A DNA stretch of 64,000 bases from an uncultured Alphaproteobacteria bacterium (GCA_934232895.1 CAKQGH010000001.1:3635-67634), one strand, 5' to 3'. Counted from the first letter of the stretch, positions 8,989-16,891 are shown. Translations and numbers: made by a program. Notes: a model not told the origin generated them from the sequence alone.

Positions 8989-9340
8989 ACAGATTTTCCA
9001 ACAGCGCATCAATTCGTGCGGCGCGTTCCAATGTGTCGTCATATTCAAATTTAATTTCTGGCACATATTTTTGGTCCATACGCGCGGCCAATTCATACCG
9101 GACCGTGCGTGTAATTTCATCCAACCGTTTCTGTACCGCGGCAACATCGGAATTGCGCGAATAATAGAACAAACGCACAAACTGCAACCCGCCGTGCGCG
9201 ACCGCCCCCACCAACGACACGCCGCCCAACAATTTATCGTCGCTGTAATTATCGCGCAAAATTTCCGCAACCAGTGTTTGCACCTTGGCCGCGACGCGTC
9301 CCGCACGATTAGAATTATTGGTGTTTTGTTTTCTTGGCAT
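8987..9340 (-). CDS. rbfA: Ribosome-binding factor A
   Basis: 117 aa; RVAAKVQTLVAEILRD ... VPEIKFEYDDT pattern typical of RbfA. Confidence 0.8.
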   Translation of the reverse strand: MPRKQNTNNSNRAGRVAAKVQTLVAEILRDNYSDDKLLGGVSLVGAVAHGGLQFVRLFYYSRNSDVAAVQKRLDEITRTVRYELAARMDQKYVPEIKFEYDDTLERAARIDALLENL

Positions 9341-9431
9341 AATTAAACCCCGACTTTATATATATAATGTGATTGTAAAATATTAAATATTCAATTACAA
9401 TCAAGAAAAATTTTTACCCCAGGGGAATAAA

Positions 9432-10007
9432 ATGAAATTTGCCGAATATATATTAAAAAAATCCGAAAGCCCGGCGTACGCGTGGATGGTGTTTTTTCTG
9501 ACAATATGTGAATCTATATTCCTGTTTGTCCCGCCCGAGGTTTTTATGACCCCGCCCATCATTGCGAATAAAAAGCGCGCCCTGCCCATCACGGTGGCGG
9601 CGGCATTGGGCTCGATTGTTGGCGGTGCATTGGCATATTTAATTGGCGCATGGTTGTACGATTCGGTCGGCGTATGGTTGATAAACACTTTTTCAAACCC
9701 CGAATTGATTGAAACCGCCATAAAACCCATGTTTTCAAAATATGGTATATTGATTATAGTTTTGACCGCAGTCACACCAATACCGTATAAATTGCTGGCA
9801 ATATGGTTGGGCTTTATAGGGTTCCCAATGTGGTTGTTTTTGGCAGTTTCGGCGATATTCCGCACGGGGCGCTTTGCCATTGTGGGGTATTTATTGTGGC
9901 GGTTCCAGGAACGCGCGAACGCAATTGTGAAAAAATATTTCTGGCCATTGACATTGGGCGCAATTATCGCCGCCGGCCTGGGAATATGCCTGGTATCATT
10001 GTTTTAA
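9432..10007 (+). CDS. YqaA/DedA-type (SNARE-associated) inner membrane protein
   Basis: 191 aa, 4-5 hydrophobic helices; WMVFFLTICESIFLFVPPEV ... GSIVGGALAYLIG resembles COG1238 proteins. Confidence 0.6.
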   Translation: MKFAEYILKKSESPAYAWMVFFLTICESIFLFVPPEVFMTPPIIANKKRALPITVAAALGSIVGGALAYLIGAWLYDSVGVWLINTFSNPELIETAIKPMFSKYGILIIVLTAVTPIPYKLLAIWLGFIGFPMWLFLAVSAIFRTGRFAIVGYLLWRFQERANAIVKKYFWPLTLGAIIAAGLGICLVSLF

Positions 10008-10038
10008 GCCATCCGGCTCTGCTGGCGCGCCGCCGCTG

Positions 10039-10073
10039 TAAAAAGTTCAGAGTTCAAAGTGCAAAGTTCAAAG
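10039..10073. repeat. Low-complexity tract AAAAAGTTCAGAGTTCAAAGTGCAAAGTTCAAAGG
   Basis: Same flavour at 17361..17395 and inverted at 17420..17445. Confidence 0.8.
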
Positions 10074-10118
10074 GATGTGTCCACCATCGGTGGACAGCAT
10101 TAATAACCTGGATCCCGG

Positions 10119-10161
10119 TGACACCCCGCCCTGGCGAGCACCCCGACTTCCCAGAGGGGAA
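10119..10161 (+). repeat. S repeat copy 1 (GACACCCCGC-hairpin-GCACCCC...CAGAGGGGAAC)
   Basis: GACACCCCGCCCTGGCGAGCACCCCGACTTCCCAGAGGGGAAC; compare 10599..10638 and 20397..20443. Confidence 0.8.
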
Positions 10162-10341
10162 CGATGCCTATTATCGTCGCAGAGCAAAATCCCCTTCGCT
10201 GGCGAATGGGTGGACGCGCAGCGGACGGGGTAGTGGTGAATATGTCCCTGCGGGGCAATGGATACCGGCCTGCGCCGGTATGACGATGTTTTATGTATTG
10301 ATTCTTATTTTATAGACACAATGTTTTTTATGCCGTGTACC

Positions 10342-10543
10342 AAGTTCCCCTCCGGGAACCACCCAAGGAATTTGACAATTCCGCGGGGCCCGGTTCGGGG
10401 TGGCCGCAGGCCGGGGTGGTCTTGAGAGTGCGTAATGTTGCACAAAGTTTCAAATAAAAGACCACCTCCCCGCTACGCGGTACTCCTCCATGGAAACACC
10501 CACAAAATCTGACGATTTTGCGGGACCCGTTGGAGGAGAACTT
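10342..10543 (-). repeat. M palindromic MITE-like element, long copy (202 bp)
   Basis: Termini AAGTTCCCCTCC ... GGAGGAGAACTT; shares GGGGTGGTCTTGAGAG...AAAAGACCACCTCCCCGCTACGCGG and CTCCTCC...GGAGGAG stems with 20467..20587 (opposite orientation). Confidence 0.7.
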
Positions 10544-10598
10544 AGTATGTACCAATAATAAGTTTAGTTCCCATCAGCCCCCCACGGAATTATAAAAC

Positions 10599-10638
10599 GA
10601 CACCCCGCCCTGGCGGGCACCCCTGGCCAGAGGGGAAC
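10599..10638 (+). repeat. S repeat copy 2
   Basis: GACACCCCGCCCTGGCGGGCACCCCTGGCCAGAGGGGAAC. Confidence 0.8.
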
Positions 10639-10661
10639 AGGAACTGTGGGGGGAATGAAAA

Positions 10662-10738
10662 AGTGCGCCGTCGGCGCACTCTCTATCATCTATTATCTAT
10701 GCTCTGTGCTCTAAAAATGCGCCACCGGCGCATTTTTT
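10662..10738 (-). terminator. Terminator module ending the fibre operon (hairpin, low-complexity tract, hairpin)
   Basis: AGTGCGCC-GTC-GGCGCACT (10662..10680), tract 10681..10712, AAAAA-ATGCGCC-ACC-GGCGCAT-TTTTT abutting the stop at 10737. Confidence 0.7.
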
Positions 10739-11186
10739 ATTCTATCCAAATAGCGGCGTATGTGGTGGCATTTTGCCCACCAACCGGAATTTTTACATTG
10801 CCCTTGGTCACAGAAACCTTGCCGTCGGTCTGGGATACATCGGTCACCACCGCACCCGTACCCGATGATGTTGAATCTAGTGCATTGATTGCATTGGTCA
10901 CGTCCGTCCCGGTTGCAACCTTGGTCTTTGTAAATGTAATGGTTCCATCACCCGTCGCCGTAACATTTGAAATCACATTGCCATCCTTGGTTTCCGTATC
11001 GTTGACAACAACGGTCTTGGCGCGTTCAAGCGCGGTTCCATCATTTAACAGCGGTTGCATTTCACGTTCAACATACTCAACCGATGCGATTGTTCCATCC
11101 TTTTTGACAACATCATCAGCCATGGCCGGCAAGGCAAATATGGCCATCAAACACATAATAACAAAATATCGTCCAATATTAAACAT
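10737..11186 (-). CDS. Secreted fibre-family protein, short member (149 aa)
   Basis: Signal peptide ...FALPAMA; mature IASVEYVEREM motif; T/V/G/D-rich; C-terminus TTYAAIWIE like the other family members. Confidence 0.65.
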   Translation of the reverse strand: MFNIGRYFVIMCLMAIFALPAMADDVVKKDGTIASVEYVEREMQPLLNDGTALERAKTVVVNDTETKDGNVISNVTATGDGTITFTKTKVATGTDVTNAINALDSTSSGTGAVVTDVSQTDGKVSVTKGNVKIPVGGQNATTYAAIWIE

Positions 11187-11270
11187 AACCCGATTTATAT
11201 ATGCACTAGTAACAAAATCACCTTGATGTGTGATATGGGGATTCCCATATCACACAATGTTCACACGCAC

Positions 11271-12179
11271 CTAGCGTTTAACAACTTCCCAGCTGTATGT
11301 CGTGCCATCAAAAACCAATACGCATTTATTCGTGGCATCGCCGCACGCGCCCGGTGCGGCCGTCGCCAAATCACCCAGTGTTAATGTTTTGCTGACAGTG
11401 ACTGTTCCATCAGCCGCGGTAACCGCCGTCACAACATTACCTTCGCCTGTGGTGGTGACATTGGTGGCACCCAATGTAGCCTGTTTACCTGCCAAATCAT
11501 CGGTCAAACCAGAAATCTTGGACTGGTCAATAGCGGCATTAGCGGCAACATCTGCGTTCGAGATGGTGCTCTTGGCCGCCAAGTCACCCAATGTCGGCTT
11601 GTTCAAGATTTGGGAAACGCCTTCTGTCGAATTCCAGTCCGCATTTACCTGGGCCGCTGGAATTGTCGGTTTGTTATCCAAATCATCATACGATACTGTG
11701 CCTGGTGCGACCTTACCTTCGGCATTAACAACCATTGTCTTTCCTGCATTAGCCACACCCTGGTCTGTGGCAACTTTGCCCGCCAAATCATCGGTCAAAC
11801 CAGAAATCTTGGACTGGTCAATAGCGGCATTAGCGGCAACATCTGCGTTCGAGATGGTGCTCTTGGCCGCCAAGTCACCCAATGTCGGCTTGTTCAAGAT
11901 TTGGGAAACGCCTTCTGTCGAATTCCAGTCCGCATTTACCTGGGCCGCTGGAATTGTCGGTTTGTTATCCAAATCATCATACGATACTGTGCCTGGTGCG
12001 ACCTTACCTTCGGCATTAACAACCATTGTCTTTCCTGCATTAGCCACACCCTGGTCTGTGGCAACACGAAGTCCAACCTGGTCATCAACGTACTTGCTTG
12101 ATGCGATGTCTGCGCGGGCGGCGCCGGCCGTCATAATTGCAATCATTGAAATCGCAAATATTCCCGATAATTTTTTCAT
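11271..12179 (-). CDS. Secreted tail-fibre-like repeat protein (302 aa) with an exact 97-aa tandem duplication
   Basis: ORF 11271..12200 trimmed to MKKLSGIF (AAAGGA 7 nt upstream); signal peptide ...AGAARA; IASSKYVDDQV; C-terminus PGACGDATNKCVLVFDGTTYSWEVV. Confidence 0.75.
   Translation of the reverse strand: MKKLSGIFAISMIAIMTAGAARADIASSKYVDDQVGLRVATDQGVANAGKTMVVNAEGKVAPGTVSYDDLDNKPTIPAAQVNADWNSTEGVSQILNKPTLGDLAAKSTISNADVAANAAIDQSKISGLTDDLAGKVATDQGVANAGKTMVVNAEGKVAPGTVSYDDLDNKPTIPAAQVNADWNSTEGVSQILNKPTLGDLAAKSTISNADVAANAAIDQSKISGLTDDLAGKQATLGATNVTTTGEGNVVTAVTAADGTVTVSKTLTLGDLATAAPGACGDATNKCVLVFDGTTYSWEVVKR
11491..12065. repeat. Perfect tandem direct repeat, two 284-bp copies at 291-bp period
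   Basis: 11491..11774 and 11782..12065 are identical base for base on my line-by-line comparison; in-frame (97 codons). Confidence 0.95.
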
Positions 12180-12256
12180 TTTTATTTCCTTTGCTTTCAT
12201 TTATCAAAATTTATGCCATGGCACGCCAACGACGCACCACGGCATTTGGTTATTTA

Positions 12257-13126
12257 TTATTCACCTGTGACCTGGTTTTCGGTATCGGCGCGTTCAATGA
12301 TTTCCCATACATAATCGCCGTTTCTATAAACCAACGCGCAACCATCATTATTGGGATCGTCACACGCTGTCTGTGGCTTTGGAATCGCGGCGTTCGCGGT
12401 TTCTTGTGCGGTATCCGCAGCGGATTTTGCCGCGGCGGCATCGGTTACACCCTTGTCTGCCTGGGTTTGGGCGGCTGTAATTTTTTCATCCAATGCAGTA
12501 TCGGCCGCGGTGTACGCATTCGTGATTGTGGTTGTTGCCGCATCAATTTTATAATCAACCGAGCCTTCGGTGGTTTTATCGGCATTCAATTTTGTGATTG
12601 CATCTGTATTTGTACCGATATTTGTTTCATTGGTGGAAACACGTCCTTCCAATGTCGTCAAATCGGTTGAAACCGCATCCGCTGCATTTTTCGCAATTTC
12701 TTCGGCGACGGCAACGGTCGGGAACTTTACAGCCTTGTCGGTTGCATCTTTGTTATATGTAGTTTCTTTATTAGCAGAATTTTCTTTGCCTTCTACGGTT
12801 GTTTTCAAACCATCAATGGCGGTTTTATTTTCACCAATTGATGTTGTATTACCAGCAATTGCAGTTTTATTTGCTTCGATATCTGCTTTGATTGCCTTGT
12901 CGTCATACTGGGCTTTTGTACCATCAATTGTGATTTTGCCATCAACAACTGTCACATCGATACCGTTTGAACCGGCGATGTTTCCATTTTCACCGGTGAC
13001 CAATGTGTCTTGCTTTTTGCCAACTTCTTGGTCAACATATCCACGGGATGCAACGGCGGCGGCGGCGCTGTTTGCCGCGACAATCCCCAACATTACGGTA
13101 AATATACCTGCGGTTAATTTGTTCAT
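12257..13126 (-). CDS. Secreted tail-fibre-like repeat protein (289 aa)
   Basis: Strong SD GAAAGGAAAG; signal peptide ...ANSAAA; VASRGYVDQEV; GKENSANK module; C-terminus PKPQTACDDPNNDGCALVYRNGDYVWEII. Confidence 0.75.
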   Translation of the reverse strand: MNKLTAGIFTVMLGIVAANSAAAAVASRGYVDQEVGKKQDTLVTGENGNIAGSNGIDVTVVDGKITIDGTKAQYDDKAIKADIEANKTAIAGNTTSIGENKTAIDGLKTTVEGKENSANKETTYNKDATDKAVKFPTVAVAEEIAKNAADAVSTDLTTLEGRVSTNETNIGTNTDAITKLNADKTTEGSVDYKIDAATTTITNAYTAADTALDEKITAAQTQADKGVTDAAAAKSAADTAQETANAAIPKPQTACDDPNNDGCALVYRNGDYVWEIIERADTENQVTGE

Positions 13127-13165
13127 TTTTCTTTCCTTTCTTTTTTTATTGTTTTTCTAATCTGT

Positions 13166-14491
13166 TTATTCCAACGGGTCTGTCACATCCATCCAGTATG
13201 GGTTGCCATTCGTATCAACCGACAACACGCAACGTCCGGATTCGGCCGTGCAATTTTCGCCTGGTTTCGGTACCGCGTATGCGGTCACGGCCTTGACTGA
13301 TGTGTATTTGGTTGTGGAATCTTTGTCGGCGGCCGCGATTTCATCAACACGGTTTGCGGTCTTTTCAACGCCATTTAATTCCGTTGTGATATCATTTTTG
13401 GTTGCCAAATCAGAAATTTTTGTTGTGGACATTTCATATTGACCGGTTGCATTCACGGTTGCGATGCCGCCCGCGGTTTCAGCGGTCACACCGGTGACCT
13501 TGTCCGCCTTGGCTGCGACGCTGGTCGCCACGCCATCAATACGGGTGCCCAGCGCGGTGTCAGCCTCGGTCATTAAATCGGTCAATGTGCTGACGGAATC
13601 GTCAACCAATGTGTTCACAGCCTTGGCCGATGGATATTGAACATCGGTCGATGTTGACGATATTGTGGTCACCTTGTTGGATTTGTCTTCCTTGCCATCA
13701 ATGTCGCCCAGTGCCAGGTCAAACATATCGTTCACCGCTTTGGCCGTTGGGTATTGGTCGTCGGTCGATTCCGCTGAAATCACCTTGGTTTTGTTTGACA
13801 CATCTTCTTTACCCGCAACAGATGTTTTCAACGATGAAATATCTGTTTTGTTGGTGTCAACCTGGGTCGATACAGCGCTCAACGCGGTTGCCGTGGCCAG
13901 ATCAGAAATCTTGGTTGATGTGGCAACATACTGACCGGCCGCGTTCACAGTTGCGATGCCGTCGGTGTTTTCCGCGGTCATACCAGAAACTTTATCGGCC
14001 TTGGCCGCCAATGCGTCGCCCATATCGCCCGCGACAATTTGCGCAACTTTATCCTCGGTAAATTTAACGATTGCGCCAACCGATGGATACAGTGTGCCCG
14101 ACGCCTTGTTCGCATCGGTAATTTCGGTCGCCTTGTTCGACGAATCCTCTTTACCGGTCACCGCTTCCTGTAATGCCGTGACATTTGTTTCAGTTGTGCC
14201 AACACGTGTTGTCAAACCGGTCACCGCATTGTTGGTTGTTGTCAATGCCGCATTTGTCGCCAAATCACCAATTGATGTTGTGGAAACCTGGTATTGGCCA
14301 TTTGCATCAACCGTTGCAACATTGCCAGCATTGGCGCCAACATTTGCAACCACATTCGCCTTGGTACCAACCAAATTGTCAACATAGGCCTGGCTGGCGA
14401 TTTTCTTGGCCGTGCCATCGGCCGCCGCCGCCGCGCCAACCGACATGATTGCCGCCACAAATCCAGAAAATGCGATATTATTTATTTTCAT
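13166..14491 (-). CDS. Secreted tail-fibre-like repeat protein (441 aa)
   Basis: SD AAGGA; signal peptide ...VGAAAA; IASQAYVDNLV; threefold GKED.SNK...YP[ST]AKAV and KADKV.G.TAE...ATVNA.GQY..S.TKISDLAT modules; C-terminus PKPGENCTAESGRCVLSVDTNGNPYWMDV. Confidence 0.75.
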   Translation of the reverse strand: MKINNIAFSGFVAAIMSVGAAAAADGTAKKIASQAYVDNLVGTKANVVANVGANAGNVATVDANGQYQVSTTSIGDLATNAALTTTNNAVTGLTTRVGTTETNVTALQEAVTGKEDSSNKATEITDANKASGTLYPSVGAIVKFTEDKVAQIVAGDMGDALAAKADKVSGMTAENTDGIATVNAAGQYVATSTKISDLATATALSAVSTQVDTNKTDISSLKTSVAGKEDVSNKTKVISAESTDDQYPTAKAVNDMFDLALGDIDGKEDKSNKVTTISSTSTDVQYPSAKAVNTLVDDSVSTLTDLMTEADTALGTRIDGVATSVAAKADKVTGVTAETAGGIATVNATGQYEMSTTKISDLATKNDITTELNGVEKTANRVDEIAAADKDSTTKYTSVKAVTAYAVPKPGENCTAESGRCVLSVDTNGNPYWMDVTDPLE

Positions 14492-14532
14492 CTGTTTTTT
14501 CCTTGGTTATATTTCATCCCTATTTCCCGGAT

Positions 14533-15990
14533 TTACTCGGGTTCCACAATTATAATCTCGGACCATGTGCCACCACCATTGCCGTCGGCCGCAAATATAT
14601 AGTTGCCAGCCGTCTCGGGCGCCACCATACCACCGGTTGCCGAAATGGTATTGCCATCAATCGTGATGTTCGCGCCCGCGGTCAATTTATCCTGTTTGTC
14701 CGCCAACGCGGTATTCGTTTCGGTTTTGGTATAATATTGATCCGCATCAAATGTACCAGATTGGGTAATTTTTGCATCAACCTCGGTCTTGGTATACGCA
14801 TCATCAATACCATATCCCGCCAGGGTCGTTGCCTTGTCCGCTTTGTTTGAAATGGCCGTTGTATTTGCCGAAATCGCCGCAGTGTTCGCAGTGATATTGG
14901 TTGTATTCGTCGTGATATTCGCGGTATTTGCATCTACGGCATTTTTATTTGCGGTAATGTTTGCGGCATTCGCATTTATCAACGCACGCACCGCCGCGTC
15001 ATCGTACGATTCCGCCGAAATAGTATCGCCATCAATCGTAATATTCGTGCCCGCGGTCAATTTATTTTGTTTACCTTCCAGTGCCGTGTTGGTCTCAGTC
15101 TTGGTATAATACTGATCCGCATCAAATGTGCCGGATTGGGTAATTTTTGCATCAACCTCGGCCTTGGTATACACATCATCCTTGGCCGCATAGATTGTAG
15201 ACAATGCACTGATTGCATTCGCAATCGCGGTGTTCATTTGTTCTGTTGTGGAATACGCACTTAAATCTGCCGGCGTACCGGGCTCACCCGCCGGTCCCTG
15301 AGGCCCCATAATTTCTGCCTTGGAAATCAGCTGGCGCCAATCGGCATCACTTTCGCCCACATATCGCCACAACAAATCTTCTTCATTTGAACCAATTTCA
15401 ACCTCGCGCCCATCCTGGCCGGCGATACTGCCGATTTGATCCTTTAACCCATCAACATCAACATAGATTTCGTTTGTCGTATTATCAATTATGATAAAAC
15501 CATCGGATGTCGGCACCAATATATCCTGTTTATCACCCAATTGGTCGGACAAATTATCGTCCGCCTGGTGCAACCCCTCGGCATCGCGTTGCAACTGTTC
15601 AACCTGGCGCCGCAAATCCGCCACAACCGACGGATCGGTTGTGCCGCTCTCGCCCGGATCTGGGCGCGTAGAACTGCCCCCGCTGACGGATGTGGTACCA
15701 CCCAAATATTTCCCAATGGACAAACGCGGCGTTGTCGCCACACGGCCCGTCGTTGTTGATGTCGCCGGCGTTGTTGACGCCACAGCGCCGGTTTTCCCCG
15801 CCGTTGGTGTCACACGCAACGACCCCGCACGCGCCGCACCGGTTGATGCTGCATTCGACGCGGCCGATGCACTGGAATAAGTTCCAGCCCCACCCAACGA
15901 ACGCACCGATGACGCCGCGTCAGCCCCGGAAACCGCGGCACACGCCGCACACACAATTGCAAATATCGATATTTTGGTGTTATTTTTCAT
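14533..15990 (-). CDS. Secreted tail-fibre-like repeat protein (485 aa) with low-complexity S/T/A/G N-terminal region
   Basis: Signal peptide ...AAVSGADA; two copies of YTK[AT]EVDAKITQSGTFDADQYYTKTETNTAL..KQ[DN]KLTAG.NITIDG.TISA; NITANT-type short repeats; C-terminus GNYIFAADGNGGGTWSEIII. Confidence 0.75.
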   Translation of the reverse strand: MKNNTKISIFAIVCAACAAVSGADAASSVRSLGGAGTYSSASAASNAASTGAARAGSLRVTPTAGKTGAVASTTPATSTTTGRVATTPRLSIGKYLGGTTSVSGGSSTRPDPGESGTTDPSVVADLRRQVEQLQRDAEGLHQADDNLSDQLGDKQDILVPTSDGFIIIDNTTNEIYVDVDGLKDQIGSIAGQDGREVEIGSNEEDLLWRYVGESDADWRQLISKAEIMGPQGPAGEPGTPADLSAYSTTEQMNTAIANAISALSTIYAAKDDVYTKAEVDAKITQSGTFDADQYYTKTETNTALEGKQNKLTAGTNITIDGDTISAESYDDAAVRALINANAANITANKNAVDANTANITTNTTNITANTAAISANTTAISNKADKATTLAGYGIDDAYTKTEVDAKITQSGTFDADQYYTKTETNTALADKQDKLTAGANITIDGNTISATGGMVAPETAGNYIFAADGNGGGTWSEIIIVEPE

Positions 15991-16052
15991 GACTCTCTCT
16001 GCTTACCTTGATTCTATCATATTTTGCGAATCGGGGTCAATACCTTTCGTAA

Positions 16053-16784
16053 TTAAAATTCGTATCTGACGCCAACCGATATAGAATTATCCCAAATCAT
16101 GTCGATTTTGTTTTCGAAATTGCCGTATGTCGGTCTGTTGTTCTTGATTCCAATGCTGTGTTTTGAACCAGTCATACCCGCCAAACGATAGCGCAAATCC
16201 AATATCAAATTGTCATCCAATTTGGTTGAATACCCGACCGCAATGTTTGCCATTGGCGCAATGGCCGTTTTGCTGCGGCTGGTACCATCGGAATATACAT
16301 TTGCAAATTTAATATCCAATGTTGTCATTGGCGCGGCAATACCCAAACCACCACCAACATACACACCGTTCAAGAAATCATAGTATCCGTTGGCCGAAAT
16401 GTACGGGATTTGCAGGCTGAATTCTGCGCCAGCATCTTTATCTTCGAAATGACCGATGTATCCGGCCTCGACCTCGCCCCGCCAGAAATATCCGAAATGA
16501 CGACCGGCGGCCAAACTGCCCCCGAATACGGGTTCAAACGAGTAACTGTCGCTGTCGGCCGACAGATCAGCCGTCGCCGACAACAAATCAGACGAGTATT
16601 TATTCTTCCAATTCAGGAAACTAATCTCGGCACGGGCGGTCATATACCAGCCTGTTTTTGCCTTGTCCGTGTAATCGTATGTCACATTATAACCGCCACG
16701 ACGATCCGGCTGAATATAGCTGGGTGCCGCAGTGGCCGCAGATGTCATACCAATCAGCACAAACAACGAAACTAATTTTTTCAT
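16053..16784 (-). CDS. Small outer-membrane beta-barrel protein (OmpA-TM/Opa-like, 243 aa)
   Basis: Strong SD GGAAGGAG; signal peptide MKKLVSLFVLIGMTSAATA; alternating amphipathic strands; C-terminal VGVRYEF (terminal Phe) typical of OM barrels. Confidence 0.75.
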   Translation of the reverse strand: MKKLVSLFVLIGMTSAATAAPSYIQPDRRGGYNVTYDYTDKAKTGWYMTARAEISFLNWKNKYSSDLLSATADLSADSDSYSFEPVFGGSLAAGRHFGYFWRGEVEAGYIGHFEDKDAGAEFSLQIPYISANGYYDFLNGVYVGGGLGIAAPMTTLDIKFANVYSDGTSRSKTAIAPMANIAVGYSTKLDDNLILDLRYRLAGMTGSKHSIGIKNNRPTYGNFENKIDMIWDNSISVGVRYEF

Positions 16785-16862
16785 GTTAAAATTCTCCTTC
16801 CAATATCTTGGGCAAAGTATATCACATTTTTGCCCTGTTTCAAAATAGTAAAAAAGTAAATA

Positions 16863-16891
16863 TTGACTTTTTTGTGAATAATTTGTTTAAT
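16863..16891 (+). promoter_or_regulatory. Candidate promoter of pal
   Basis: TTGACT, 17-nt spacer, TTTAAT; about 40 nt before the pal ATG. Confidence 0.3.

Larger units (their letters stand above)
10008..10736. repeat. 729-bp non-coding composite of hairpins and GC-rich repeat modules
   Basis: No credible ORF (only Arg/Pro/Gly-rich frames); contains low-complexity tract 10039..10073, hairpins 10077..10095 and 10262..10281, S copies, M copy and a terminator module. Confidence 0.8.

Noticed and set aside
10119-10638. S repeats (…CCCCGCC-CTG-GCGGG…GGGGAAC) look superficially like type I-E/I-F CRISPR repeats (GTTCCCC…GGGG)
   Set aside because: There are only three copies in the window, at irregular spacing (482 bp apart, and 10 kb away). 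No uniform spacers, leader or cas genes are present, and the copies differ in length. This is a dispersed repeat, not an array.
11302-12270. 322-aa plus-strand ORF (and 12570..13160, 13956..14387, 14789..15109) antisense to the fibre genes
   Set aside because: These are mirror frames of the repetitive A/T/V/S-rich minus-strand genes. They lack SD sequences, signal peptides and the conserved termini. The minus-strand set has SDs, signal peptides and paralogy.
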